DNA of 64,000 nucleotides from a virus: positions 1 through 64,000 of IMG/VR virus record IMGVR_UViG_3300032334_001128; one strand, written 5' to 3'. A program made the position numbers and the translations under genes. The notes beneath the pieces are model-generated. The model saw only the letters and a program-made list of their open reading frames with translations. It had not been told where the DNA came from and ran no database searches. Of this stretch, positions 62,832 through 64,000 are shown piece after piece; position 1 is the stretch's first letter; every line of letters starts with the position of its first letter.

Positions 62832-63941
62832 ATGACAGCTCTATGGGTTACACCATCAGATCTAGGATCTTACGAAAACACAGAGTTTGCTCAGGAGGCC
62901 TGCGAAATGGCATCCTATCTAATGTGGACTATGTCTGGTAGAAAGTTCACTGGAGAAGTAACTGTAACTGAACGTTACGTTTGTGCTAAGCGTGCATACC
63001 GTATGGGCCCTTCTTCTAAAAACTACTATGCCACACTAATTTCTGGTGAGGTATACAATATTCCGATCACTGATTTCCAAGAATATGCTGAATTGGTATC
63101 GGACGGTCTCTCCCCTGAGTCACGTATTAAGTTACGTGGTAGACCGATAACAAAGATCCATTCAGTTCGTATTAGGACCGGAGCTATCCTTAGTGAGGAT
63201 AGTTATTACCTAGTGGATCACTCTACGTTACAGGCAGCAGCAGGTGTTCCATGGACTCCTTGTAACGTTGAAGTAACCTACACTTATGGCTCTCCTATTC
63301 CAACAGCTGGAAAAATGGCTGCTCGTACTCTTGCCATTGAGTTTGCAAAGCTCTGGGCTGGAGATGATGACTGTATGCTTCCACAGCGTATTACATCTAT
63401 TTCTCGCCAGGGTGTTTCATACACACTTCTAGACTCACAAGACTTTATTGAGGACGTTAGAACCGGTCTATATATAGTAGATCTATTTCTGAAGTCAATC
63501 AACCCAGACAAGGCTAGAGCTAGAGCTAAGGTGTTCTCTCCTGATGCTCCTAGAGGACGTCGCTATACTCGTAAGGAATTACCACTTGCAGTTAATGCTG
63601 CTACTGACATTACCTTAAACAGGGATACTACTGCAACTTGGACATCTGCTGGCAAAGCCGGTGTTGATGTAAGTCTATTTTTTGATGAACCTGGATGGAC
63701 CCCTAGCGTGACTCTAAGAAGTTATTCTGGATCTAAAACAGTAGAAATTACTGCAGCTGACATCACCCTTAACAGCGGTGCTGAGACTGTAACTTTTCCG
63801 GTCACATACAAGAATGCCTGGGGTGCTCTTGGAATGGTAGATCCTGGAACATGGACTCTATACGCAACTAAGACTGTTGCTGGTGTTACGACCGTATCAG
63901 AGATTGAGACTGGAAACCTCCAGATCAAGTTATATAACTAG
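62832..63941 (+). CDS. head-to-tail adaptor
   Basis: AQEACEMASYLMWTMSGRKF...VTYTYGSPIP...LPQRITSISRQGVSY pattern. Confidence 0.7.
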   Translation: MTALWVTPSDLGSYENTEFAQEACEMASYLMWTMSGRKFTGEVTVTERYVCAKRAYRMGPSSKNYYATLISGEVYNIPITDFQEYAELVSDGLSPESRIKLRGRPITKIHSVRIRTGAILSEDSYYLVDHSTLQAAAGVPWTPCNVEVTYTYGSPIPTAGKMAARTLAIEFAKLWAGDDDCMLPQRITSISRQGVSYTLLDSQDFIEDVRTGLYIVDLFLKSINPDKARARAKVFSPDAPRGRRYTRKELPLAVNAATDITLNRDTTATWTSAGKAGVDVSLFFDEPGWTPSVTLRSYSGSKTVEITAADITLNSGAETVTFPVTYKNAWGALGMVDPGTWTLYATKTVAGVTTVSEIETGNLQIKLYN

Positions 63942-63954
63942 AAAAGAGTAGAGA

Positions 63955-64000
63955 ATGTCAGTTCAGACAAACTTCCGTGCCGTCGACATGCTCGGTGGCG
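63955..64000 (+). CDS. start of the next structural gene (truncated by window end)
   Basis: ATG with an open frame to the end of the window. Confidence 0.45.
   Translation, partial: MSVQTNFRAVDMLGG

Noticed and set aside
38995-63928. Numerous minus-strand and alternate-frame ORFs inside the structural genes
   Set aside because: They are shadows of long, codon-biased + strand genes, with no RBS or recognisable motifs.
1-64000. Integrase, tRNA genes or DNA methyltransferases
   Set aside because: None was recognisable in this window, so the enzymes implied by the palindrome hypotheses must lie elsewhere in the genome or in the host, and lifestyle cannot be called.

Overview
This is a 64-kb segment of a large tailed dsDNA phage, most likely infecting Actinomycetota (inferred from GAAAGGA ribosome-binding sites, leaderless genes, ClgR-like regulators and actinophage-type head proteins). 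It has three zones. (1) 1-2.6 kb: a 5'-truncated CHAP-type endolysin and small genes. (2) 2.6-33.3 kb: about 40 self-contained cassettes, each built as promoter, AACGAAAGGAAA RBS, one to a few small genes, terminator, spacer. They include a MoxR AAA+/VWA pair, a prepilin peptidase, two ClgR-like HTH proteins, a HicA-like protein, an NlpC/P60 lipoprotein, a dual-specificity phosphatase, the large terminase and three candidate ncRNAs. (3) 34.4-64 kb: the virion operon, with portal, a Dps fusion, a 4795-aa polyvalent protein, the prohead protease, major capsid, major tail and adaptor. The most unusual signals are these. First, 4-bp palindromes are strictly partitioned: GATC/AGCT/CCGG are nearly absent from most cassette genes but packed into the spacers, peaking in a pure GATC block followed by a pure AGCT block near the terminase. 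Second, 25 GFxQxxG linkers divide the giant head-module protein like a polyprotein. Third, at least 13 promoters match the actinobacterial stress sigma consensus GGAAT-N18-GTT exactly, alongside two ClgR mimics. Fourth, there are ORF-less structured RNA cassettes and anti-RBS RNA elements. All counts were made by hand and no database searches were run.
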